A stretch of 29,225 nt of DNA, taken from Rotaria socialis (taxonomy: Eukaryota). The stretch spans positions 124,001 through 153,225 of the forward strand of contig CAJNYD010000003.1 of the NCBI GenBank assembly GCA_905331295.1, in the 5' to 3' direction. Under the pieces are notes generated by a model. That model was not told the origin of the DNA. It saw only the letters and a list, made by a program, of their open reading frames with translations, and made no database searches. Both the position numbers and the translations under genes were made by a program. This document shows positions 1 to 10,699 of this stretch, one piece after another. The number at the start of each line of letters is the position of its first letter. The first letter of the stretch is position 1.

Positions 1-1324
1 AAGAGGATTAAATATCTTCCAAAATATGAATAATTCTACAATAGTTCATTTTAACAAAGTCAGTTACTGTGCGGAAGTAACTATTGACTTCTATCGTCGT
101 AACTATGAATACATTTAATAAAAATAATCTATGTAATATTCAATACAACAGAAGAAAGATATCTAATATTATTTTTATCATGAGTCATAGATATATAAAG
201 AGAATAGAAATGAAATAATAGATCTTTGCATAAACGTACTACGTAACTCGAATTGATCAGACTCAATAGCTGGTCATATTTTGTTCTATTGATGAATCAC
301 TTAGAACCTTACTTTTGAATATAATGGAATAATTATTAAAACATTCCATGCATAAATCCACTTGAAAGAAAAAATTATTGAAAAGGTTACTCGTAGTCAA
401 CCGTAAAACTCTTTTAAACATTATTGATAATAATAGAAATTTGAAAAAAACTTCAAGAATATCAACAAGAATTATTATTTTTATTCAATTCATTTTCTTA
501 CTAATAAAAACCCTTTTTACAAGTAGCAGTAAAACTAGAACCCTATTTGTTAGATCGACTTATGAAATAAGATAATTAGTATATAGTTCTTACTTGGCAA
601 TATATTCATTGAAATCTTGACGTTTTCTATTCATATGTATGCATATTTATATTTCATTTCTTACCAATTTACTAAAAAACAATGCAATTGACATGAACGC
701 ATTCTAATCATTGTATTACTCAAGTTGATTTCTTAAACTTTTTCCCCAATTGCTTTTTCTAAACAGTTATCTTCATAGGAATATTTATATTAAAAACTAA
801 CCGATTATATATTCTGATGAAGCTAGAAAGTTTCTACTTTACAGTGCATTTATCGGTCGTTACGTGTTTGTGTTTTGTTTATGTTATGTTTTACTCTTAA
901 GAGAAAAATTCTTCCTAGAATTAATATAAATTGATATCGAAATTAATGTGCTCTTCTTGTATAAAGTTACACAGTATTTTATATTTATTTTCCGACCTAT
1001 GATGGAGATAACAACTAAGTATACTCGATGACGAAGTCTAAATTACTTTATGCTCTTATTTTTTATATCTAAGCTCAGAATCATAGGAAAATTCAACATC
1101 TAACAAAATTTGTATTTACACCTTCAAAGCGTTTTCTATGATAGCACTAAAATTCAAATAGAAACGAAGAGAACAATAGAAAAAATAATTATGAGAGTCA
1201 TCTTAATAATTGCACTTACTTTGTAATTAGATTATACTTCAGTAATTGAGAAAAAAACTAAAATCAGAACGGAGTGATGTCATAATATCCTTACAACCGG
1301 TAACGACTTATTAGCACAAACACG

Positions 1325-1570
1325 CTACAGTATCCACATTAGGTGCATCCACTTTTGGGTATCCGAATTTGGGTATTCACATTTGGGTATCCACTTTTGG
1401 GTATCCACATTTGGGTATCCACATTTATATATATATATATGTTTTGAAAAGCTGAGGAATTTGAGTTGTTTTGGTGTATCCACTTTTTGGGTATCCACTT
1501 TTGGGTATCGACATTTATATATACATAAATGTCGATACCCAAAAGTGGATACGCTTAATGTGGTTGCATC
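1325..1570. mobile_element. MITE-like palindromic element built from ~15-bp GGGTATCCACWTTT repeats
   Basis: About 9 direct copies of the unit at 1330-1518, then inverted copies. Perfect 28-bp inverted repeat at 1491-1518 / 1525-1552. Termini (~1334-1363 vs ~1534-1563) are imperfect inverted repeats. The overlapping ORFs are repeat translations. Confidence 0.7.
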
Positions 1571-1685
1571 AGATTGTAGATGCACTAAGAATGGATACTC
1601 CATAAACTATTGCTGCATAGGGTATTGTGACGTAAACCTCTCGATACCCAGTGTAAAGATATTATGACATCTATGCGTAAACCAT

Positions 1686-1831
1686 AAAAATTCAGTCCCG
1701 TTTACGGTGCCGTATTACTGTGTCAGGTATTACGGGCAAATACGACCTATTTACTACCGTAAATATACCGTTTTGACATCGTTTACCGTCGATAAACAGA
1801 CCGTAAACGAGTCCGTTTTGATCAACCTGGG
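1686..1831. repeat. fragment of a non-autonomous repeat (CCGT/TTTACGG-rich), ending ...GATCAACCTGGG
   Basis: Dense reiterated CCGT/ACGG motifs and raised GC; joins abruptly to transposase-coding sequence at ~1832. No matching opposite end seen in the window. Confidence 0.45.
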
Positions 1832-2309
1832 CGGACATGAATCCGATAGAACATCTTTAGGACGAACTCGAACTTCGTATGAAAAAGCGGCAGCCAAAAA
1901 ACCAAAAAGAACTCCGAGAAACACTTAAAGCCGAATGGCAAAATATCGGACCAGACGTGACGAACAAGCTGGTCGAATCTGTTCCAAATCGTTTGTACGA
2001 GTGTTCCCGTATGAAAGGATATCCAACAAGATACTAAAACTGTGAAAATAACTTTTTTTTATCAAAAAAATGTTGTTTTGTTCTACTGGTTGATCAATTT
2101 TGGAACGATGAAAAATGGGGTGTTGTTGAATTTTTTTAAATAAAAACTGAACCAATTGGTATTTTGAATCAAAACTTTGTATATGAGTGCTAGACACCAT
2201 GCACTACGATATGCTGAAAACTAAATCTATCTAACACATTTGGCCTTTGAGATATGAATAGAACAAAAGAAATCAATGAGGTGATTGATCAATTTTGGTA
2301 CTCACTGTA
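1832..2309 (+). mobile_element. 5'-truncated Tc1-family transposon: transposase C-terminus plus right IR/DR terminal repeat
   Basis: 1834-2037 translates DMNPIEHL*DELELRMKKRQPKNQKELRETLKAEWQNIGPDVTNKLVESVPNRLYECSRMKGYPTRY*, matching the Tc1 SPDLNPIEHLW...GGPTKY pattern, with TAG in place of Trp at 1858-1860. The element ends CACTG|TA at 2303-2309. Direct repeat TTGATCAATTTTGGWAC at 2090-2106 and 2285-2301. Confidence 0.9.
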
Positions 2310-2794
2310 AGTTTATCTGGTAATATTTTAAGTGCATAAACATGTATATGTGATCCCGATATAGATACATTGTAACCAACTGAAAAATGAAGATAGCTAT
2401 TCAGTTTTTTCGAGCACATGACCAGTAAAATATTATTTGATTGTGAAGCCTCTTCATATAGTCGCAAAATCAAATCTATCTGTTGCTAACATAGTAGCCT
2501 TGGTTCGTTCAGTTTTAATAATATTCTGTAGAATAAGTGATTGAATTAAATATGTGTAATATGCATTTTTTCGTATCTTCAACGGAGTTGCAAACAAACA
2601 GATTTAGCAGTAAAGAAGAAAAAGAAAACAATTATTTCTTGTTTTTATTTTTATTTTCTTGCTTAGAAGAAGATAAAGTACAATACAAATACTAGGGATA
2701 CACCCTTGAAAATCATAGTTCATCTTTGTTTTTTCTCGGTCAAATTTAATATATGATCCATAAAGAAACACAAGCTAATCTATTTACATGCTAT

Positions 2795-5700
2795 TTAACG
2801 TCGTTTAGAATATTGATTTGATGGTGATGAACTATGTTTCCGCTTCTCTTTTGATGTTGATGATAACGATCGATGATTTGATTTCTATAAGAATCGTATA
2901 GAATTTCAAAATAAAATCGATTGTTAGATATATATATATTCATACCGAATTCGATGTATGTGCATTTTCGTCAAGTTCTCGTTTTCGTCGTTCTTCATCA
3001 CGTTCAGAATTACGTTGAGCTAGTTCACGATTTCTTTCAGTAATCTAAATTTTGAAAAACAAACTATCAGTGGAGTATTTCTTGAAATTAAAAATTGCAT
3101 ACTTGTTCTTCTGTCAAAGGTAACCAATAGATTGATGGTTTTGTTTTTGTTTTACGAAAATAATCATCGAGTCCTTTCGTTGGTGATTCAGTGGGCTTCA
3201 CTAAAATTGAAAAGCATTTTCTTTTTATTGCATACCTCATGTTTTTAATGATAACAAACCTGGCTCGTTTTCTTCAGTTATCAAAAATCCATGGTATGAC
3301 TTTTTCTCTAATTTTGGCACATCCCATTCTTGTACATCTGAACTATTTTTCTTCACGTGCGATTTCTTTTCATCACTTGGACTAGCAGATCGACGTGAGG
3401 ATATCGTATTTGATTTGTCTTGAATAATACGATCGACTGAATCTACATATGAGAGAACAAATTTTATATTTACAAAAAATAAAATATTTCAGTTGTTTAC
3501 CAATAGACATTTGATCCGGTGGTAAATCATGAGTTTTACTGAATTCCAACTGAAACCAATAAAATATTGAAATGAAAAGAGAACAGAAACTAAAAGAGAA
3601 CTTTACTTCAGTTTGCTGTGCAAATCGAATAGATAATGCTTTTGGATTAGTTGATGGCCATCGACATCCGTCCAATGCTTCACGAGCATTTTGTGCTTCT
3701 TCCAATGTATCATACTGAATAAACAAATAATTTTAAATAGGTACAGAAATTTAATCATCAAGAAAAAATATATTCACAGTGACTAAACATTGACTTTTTA
3801 TTTTATCAAGCCAAAATTCTCCCTCTACCAATGTACCATAACGACGAAGGAGTTCTTTTAATTGAAGAAGACTAAATGGACGAGTTAGACCACGAATATA
3901 CAATATTTGACTTAATGGTTGATTTACTGCAGTCGTATTTTTTATTCGTACTGGTTCATCTGTCATTATAGCTAAATAATGAAACTATGTTGTTTCTTTG
4001 TTAACGTTATATATATATATAAATTGGCGTACTATTTGTTTTTCCATCCATTGATACCTTCGATTCAAATGATGCAGGAGCATATGTTGATATTGAATTT
4101 GTTTTTTTTCTCATATTAATATCATCGTTTAATGATGATGGTTTAATCATCTATGAGAAGACGCTTTTTAATTAAAGAAATCTGTATATGATTAAAAAAT
4201 GACACTTACATTAACATTCATAACAACAGTTCGATTAGTATGAAGTTTTTGATCAGCCAAGTCTCCAATAGTCATCGAATCAGAATGATGAAAATCAGTA
4301 CTAATATTTTTATCAAATACCGGTTCATTCGTTGCTTGTCCATTATTAGGATTATCGTCATCAGTTTGCTCATTTATTGAAGAATCAAAGTCATCATTAA
4401 CAACAGATTCTGGTAACAAACTTATGTCAGGAATCAATGTCTAAGTGAACAAAACAAAAAATCTAATTTTATATCATTTAAAAATACCTTTTCCAACTGA
4501 TATCATTTTTTTTCTTTTAATAAGTAGAAAAATTTTCAGTAAACTAGATACTACAATGACAACATTGTACAATGGAATTACTCTCCCAAGTTTTTCTCAA
4601 CGCAAATATTCATATTTTTGTGTTTTGAGTTTTAACAATAGTAGTCTGAAGTCTTTCAAAATTTCTCACTGAAATTATGAACTACAATAGCAGATATCAG
4701 ATGGAAATGTTCTTCTGTTAGAAAATATTTAATTTACTTTAAGAATTTCAGATGATAAATTTATTTTATTATTTGTTGATCGATTAAGACCTTTCATTGT
4801 TGGTGATAGTTGAGAACAATTCGTTTTAAGTTGTGATTGTTGTGCAGCTGTTTTTACGATTGGACTATTAACCGGTGTTGGTTCGTCTTCTTGAAAAAGA
4901 AAAGATATTACTTAAATGAAGCTATTAATACTAGGAACTACACGAAAATGAAAGCAACTAAAAAACTATCCTACTAGAAATCAAAGTATTTAAATCTAGA
5001 CAACAACCGATTTTTACATAGTTTGACCGATGAAACATTTTTAATGCGATGATTCCCGATTTGAGAGATACTCATTTTCTGTTATCTGTGATTGCTAGTT
5101 AAATTTAAACGTTTCAGTAGATAGAGTTTGACTAAACTTTGATTTGCTTAGATTTGGTAATAGTGCTGATAAATTTTACATATTATTTATAAAAAAAAAA
5201 ACTATTTACCCTTTATAATCTCTGATCGTTCGATTGTAGCTGCTTTTATAAAATCAGTAGATAAATCCGCATGCGATGGCCGATCAATCACTTCATTCTG
5301 ATTTCTTAAAATAGAAATTAACTTATTGAAAAGTTTTTTTCTTGTTTAGAGAAACTTTACTTCATATCATCATTGGCTACATGTGTGACCGGCTTTGGTT
5401 CTTTAGCAATTGTTACTGATTGGTTATCTTGTTGTTGTTCTGACTTCGTCTCATTTAAACGCTGTTGTTCGTCGGGCAACGGGTTTTCTTTAAGAATAGA
5501 CTCTAACTTGGCACTATTACTGCCAACAGATGGTGCATGTGACTCTCCTGCTCCTCCTTCTCCTACTATTTTTTCTATATCTTTCTTCTCTTCCTCAATA
5601 CTCTTACTCACAGACGATTTGACCTCTACGTTGTTTCCATTGATTGACAGATCCAAAACGTTTTGTTCACTGTTGATCAATTGTTGCTTCGATGTTGTAT

Positions 5701-6163
5701 TTAAATTTTCATTTGATGAGCAATTGATGGAAGACTTTTTGTTACGTGCTCGTGTTTGTCTCTCCGGTGTTGAAGAAACAATCGAAGTATCATTCACGTT
5801 AGCAACATTCATTGGTGATAATTGGTGATGTTCAACAGATGACGATATGGGTAATTTTTGTGGACTAGCTATTGTTGACGCAGAAGATGAATATTGAAGA
5901 GTAGCCTGAAGTAAAGGAGTATTTAAATTTCATCATTTCTTTCAAGGTCTTTCTTTTACTTGATCATCAATAGGTGTTTCAATCTGTGGAAGTTCAACTG
6001 AGTTATTTAATGATGAATTTTCAGTTTCCTTATGTATAGCAGCATACAATTTAGCTATAAGATCTTTTTTAATTCCTGAAGTCGAACAACCACGCCGTTT
6101 TAGTTCAGCACGTAATTCAACATTTGTCATTTTATCAATATATGCTAATTGATCTTCTGCCAT
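2795..6163 (-). CDS. ACIN1: Acinus-like protein (SAP domain, RRM, RSB motif), ~721 aa, 13 exons
   Basis: Exons 6163-5960, 5905-5361, 5304-5210, 4889-4738, 4440-4210, 4150-4033, 3971-3778, 3714-3607, 3549-3501, 3442-3260, 3200-3103, 3044-2946, 2884-2795; all introns GT-AG and in phase. [31 protein letters not shown]. Conserved [34 protein letters not shown]...[10 protein letters not shown]...[35 protein letters not shown]. Confidence 0.93.
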
Positions 6164-6380
6164 CGTGTTGTCAACAAGATGGTTAAAGGTAAAAGAACAA
6201 GAAAAAGAAAGAAAGTATCTATAAAAAAAAGAATTCAGCCAAGTCAAATATATTTCATTTTTTAATATAGCAGTGTTATCTAGATCTGTTGCTTTTTTTT
6301 TTGAAATAATCACAATAAAAAACTTTGATAAGATAAAGACGGAAAAAAATTAAAATTGGTTTTCATAGTTCGTTAACGGC

Positions 6381-6966
6381 TCAATTTTTTGCTGCCGTAA
6401 ATCTGAAATAAATAATAGCCAAAGTCACTATCAGAAGAGGAATAGCCAATTTCATCCAAGACATACCACCACCACCACTCGTTTCATTGTAACCGATGAA
6501 AGGACGAGGCTAAATAAAGTATATTATAGTTTATTTTTTGAATTATTCAATTCATTTTTTTTTAACCTTAACGGGTATCTTGGCGTCATCCTGAAAAAAG
6601 TCATTCAAATGAAATAATTCAATAAAAGTCAAATAAATAAAGTTACTGAATGAAGCTCAGCTATTTCAAATTGTTTCATTTGTTCACGTGCATCAGAACT
6701 ATGTCCAACATCTTCAAACGCACTTGACGCATCTCTACCCTGTTGCTCTTTTAGAACTTCTTCACCACCTGGGTGCTATAACAATAAAACATTTTTAATA
6801 TAATAAACAGTCAGAAAAACATAGATTAATAGCAAACCTCATCAATAAATTTTGTTACATCATATACTCGATTATTAATTACGATAACACATTTTTTTTC
6901 CTTTTCAACTAAATCTTTAACTTCCAATAGAGTTAACGGTTTTTTACCAGATGAAATATTAGCCAT
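6381..6966 (-). CDS. CYB5: membrane-anchored cytochrome b5, ~136 aa, 4 coding exons
   Basis: Exons 6966-6838, 6775-6647, 6590-6567, 6509-6381. Heme-binding motifs [18 protein letters not shown] and [12 protein letters not shown]-terminal TM segment [18 protein letters not shown]. Probable 47-bp 5'UTR intron at 6971-7017. Confidence 0.95.
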
Positions 6967-8599
6967 TTGTCTGATGAGACACGTAATAGAATGTTTGAAG
7001 AAAAATAAATACAATACCTAAAATGATGAAAGTTAGAATCGTCCAAAGATCAACATTAAGAAATGAACTCGTTTTTGCGTTCTTTCGAATTTTTTTTTAT
7101 CAGGGACGTATAAAATAAGTATGATTGGTGTTGTTATGTTTATCTAAGGCTTGACGCGTTTTCTTAAATAGGTATATATAAACCAATGTTTATCCTTGAA
7201 AATGAGTAAATTTTTTTCCAACAGTATTTATTTATTTATTCAAATTACAAGTTAGAATTGTATTGCACAGTTTCTATTTGTAAATACGTACAGATAATAT
7301 AAAAATGTTTTCAATAGATGTCACTTATCAACAGAAGGATTGTGATAGCGGCGCATATCAGACACTCCTAATTCATATATCAACGATGATATTCTTGTAC
7401 CTGAAGGTATAGGAAATCAAAAGTACACTTCAATGTTTGTAGCAGCAAGAATCTACAATGGTGATAAAGTATTCATGATTCGTGTGATATCGGAAGATTA
7501 TATACTCTATTTTACACAGTGATCATAAAAATAAATTTGTATATTCTTTAATATGATGATACTTACGGCTATTCATGGCAACATTTTCCTCAAGTGGGAC
7601 ATATACAGACAATTATCAAGCAGAGTTTCTAATTTCAACAAGCACCACCTCTAACCTAACATTGGCGATCATTGGATACTACGATTATATTTCTCGCTTG
7701 AAGCCCGTGTCATTTTCTGAATTTTGTTTTTGTGTTACGGCAACTTTTTGTTTTCGGGAGCTTTTATCAAGTTTCTAAGCATTTAAAATCTTAATAGTTT
7801 TCGTAATCTTGAGACGACATATGTTCGGCAGTTAATCAAGATATTATTTTATGTGTCTGAATATGCCTCGTCACTTGATTTATTTACAAATAAGAAAGCT
7901 TGGTTTAGATTACTTTATTTAATTAATATGATTACGATTCTACAGAAAATTTCACACTATGCAGGATAGTATTCATCGGAACATGAACATAAGGTAAGCT
8001 TATTAACTAAATCGAAACTTTGTCATGCAGATAAATATAAATTCTTGCTTAGAAAAATACAAAATTTTATTTCACTTAGTAACAGAGAGGGAAAAAAATT
8101 TGTTAGCATACTTCTAACTTTCAGAAATATCTGTGCTAGTAATAATTAGATTCCAAGCAGAAAATGATTTCATTCAAATAAAAAAAAACTTAGATCCTGC
8201 TCTTCAATTTATACTGTTAGTAAGCTGTGACATTGAGCCAAACGTTGCAACTCTCAGTAACAATGATGGCACTATTTTAAAATATAATCGTCGTTTCTTT
8301 TTTTGGTTCGCTCTATGTTACTCTTTCTATGACGCCTAGTAAAATAATAGAATAAAAGAGCACTCAAATATCATGGATAAACAGTTCTATTTTTTTCCCT
8401 GTGTGTGCCATCTGTGAAATGTAATGATAGAAAAGTAACTAAAAAAACAGAGAAAAAAAAGAAAAAGACAATATTAAATAAATTAAATATTTCTTCTATC
8501 CTAAAGAAGAAGAAAAAACAGAACATACCAATTTTTTTTTCAAATTAACTGACAAGAAGTAAAATACACTCGTAATCGAGTTATTATAATTGAAATAAA

Positions 8600-9311
8600 A
8601 TGCAACATCATCAACCAATTATTCAATTGTCCGATCACGTTAAAAGTAAAATAAAAGATCGTGAACCAGGTTCCTTTAGTCGTTCATCAGATGAATTAAT
8701 TCTATCAGATCATACGAATGAAGACAATGGTAAGATTATTTTCTCTATTTCTATTTATTAATACCTTACTTAACTTACAAATAGAATCCTTTCGTTCACC
8801 ATCTCTTCAACATTTGTATCGGAAACGTAGTTCCACATTTATAACTCGTCATACTCAAAAACCTTCAATTCCTGAATATGCTATTGTAAATAAAAGAAAT
8901 AGCTGTCAATCAATACGGACTCCACAACGGCAAGAACCATGTCAAGAATGCTTTCATCGACAAAATCTTATTCAAAGTGCTAATCAACAATTACTACGAG
9001 CTTATAGTGAAAATCGAAGATTAACTGAACAACTTCGTTCATTTATTTCATTGAATCGTCAATATGAAGAAGATAATTTAAAATTAAAACAACATTTAAT
9101 GAAAATGAGTGCTTATCTTGAAGAATATAAAACACATTTCAATCAACTTAAACAAACATTTATAGCAGAAAAGAATAATCAAGTACAACAAGGTTTTGAC
9201 AATGATCAATTAAGGAGACTTCGACATGAGATGCATGTTTGCAGACAAGTTGTAGCATCAAAACAACAAGAAGAACAAAAGAATATTGATTATTTTTCTC
9301 GTCAGCAATGA
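8600..9311 (+). CDS. uncharacterised coiled-coil protein, ~218 aa, 2 exons
   Basis: ATG at 8600, exon 8600-8729, 55-bp GTAAGA...TAG intron 8730-8784, exon 8785-9311 in phase. Q/E/K/L heptad-like C-terminal half preceded by CQEC. AATAAA at 9453-9458. Confidence 0.75.
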
Positions 9312-10699
9312 GATTAAAAAATAGATCACGTTTGGTTTATCATTATGTTTTACTCAAGCTTTTGTTTCCTTTTTCGTACTAATTGAAATATCAGTTTGAA
9401 ATATATAATACATTGATTGCATGTTTGTTTGATACTAGACGGATAATTACTGAATAAAAATACAATCTAATGTTCTTTTCTTGCTTTTCTGAAGAAATAA
9501 ACATTTGGATTTATCGATGTGACTTTGTTTGAAAATATCGGTAGCTAATTGATATTTGTTTTTATCAATTGAGGAATAAATAAATTTTCTCAATAAAAAC
9601 AAAAAATTACGTCCACTCTTAAGCGTGTTTTTCTTCGACGAATTCAGTCACTTTCTATGATCGATTCGCTTTTTAAAATGTTTTGATTGCACTGTTTAGA
9701 AGGAAACTTCAAAATATCATACATATCAATGTTTTATTTATAGCTATTGATTACGTGTGAGAGTCCACTTCTGAAAAACTGTACCGTTCTCATTGTACTA
9801 AAATATCTCCATATAATAAAAGATACTAATTGATTGCCAAGATCTACCAACAAATTCGTGACTCTCTTTTCTTATTTAATTTCTGCACAAAAAATGACAG
9901 ACGAATCAAAATCTACCAAAAAGAATGTTCATATTACTCACAACGTTTTCTAAGCATGCAAAAGTGTGATCAATTGTCATGAGTGGTATCAAAATTTATC
10001 ATTAGTTAAATACAACCAAATGTATTGTTTTATGGTTACTATAAACAAATTGGTTGACGATACGACAATTTTACTCGAATTCTGTCTCTTTTTTGCGATA
10101 TATGTTAGAAAATAAAATGATCTACATCACATGCTTTGTTCAAAAGTAGTAAAAAATGAATAAAAGAAGGTCGAAGTATGTCTCCTTTATATATATATAT
10201 ATATATGTCAGATATTAGACTTTTTTTTTCATAACAAAGCTCTCGTTAATTGCAAGAAGAGTTTTCCATAGGTAATGAAACGTTCGTAACTCAATTGAAA
10301 AAGATCGGTTTATTTGCACTGATTCATATTTTCGTGACAGGATATGTGCAATAAATTTCATCCATTCAGTTTTGGTGATAAATGAAATCTTTCTCTCAAC
10401 ATAAGAAACTCACCAGAGTTTCTTTGTAAGAAATTTGTCCGCGAAAATAAAACAAAAATAGTAAAATAATCACTTTTCAAATTCGAAAAATTAAGTATCA
10501 TTATTACAAAGTGACTTTTAAAGATAGATATAGTAGTTTACCTTTTATGAGAAAATAATGAAAGATTTTTATTTTTATTTTCTACGAACCGAGCAAGTGG
10601 CAGTGTCAAATGAAGAAATTATATTTGAGTCTCAAAAAAAGCATATTTACAAAGTAAGTGACGACTTAATTGTATTATTGATAGCTACATATTTCGTCA

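Noticed and set aside
1325..1667. Three overlapping ORFs with repeated VDTQK/STFGY peptides
   Set aside because: They are translations of the 15-bp DNA repeat and palindrome.
5373..5828. 151-aa plus-strand ORF
   Set aside because: Antisense shadow of Acinus exon 2.
7320..7778. Coding-like fragments (DDILVPEG...MFVAARIYNG; MATFSSSGTY...)
   Set aside because: Interrupted by stops, no coherent splice model and no family I can support; possibly a decayed gene.
9610..9783. Possible second Tc1-like end (GTCCACT twice, ending ACTG|TA)
   Set aside because: Match too short; no transposase or partner TIR.
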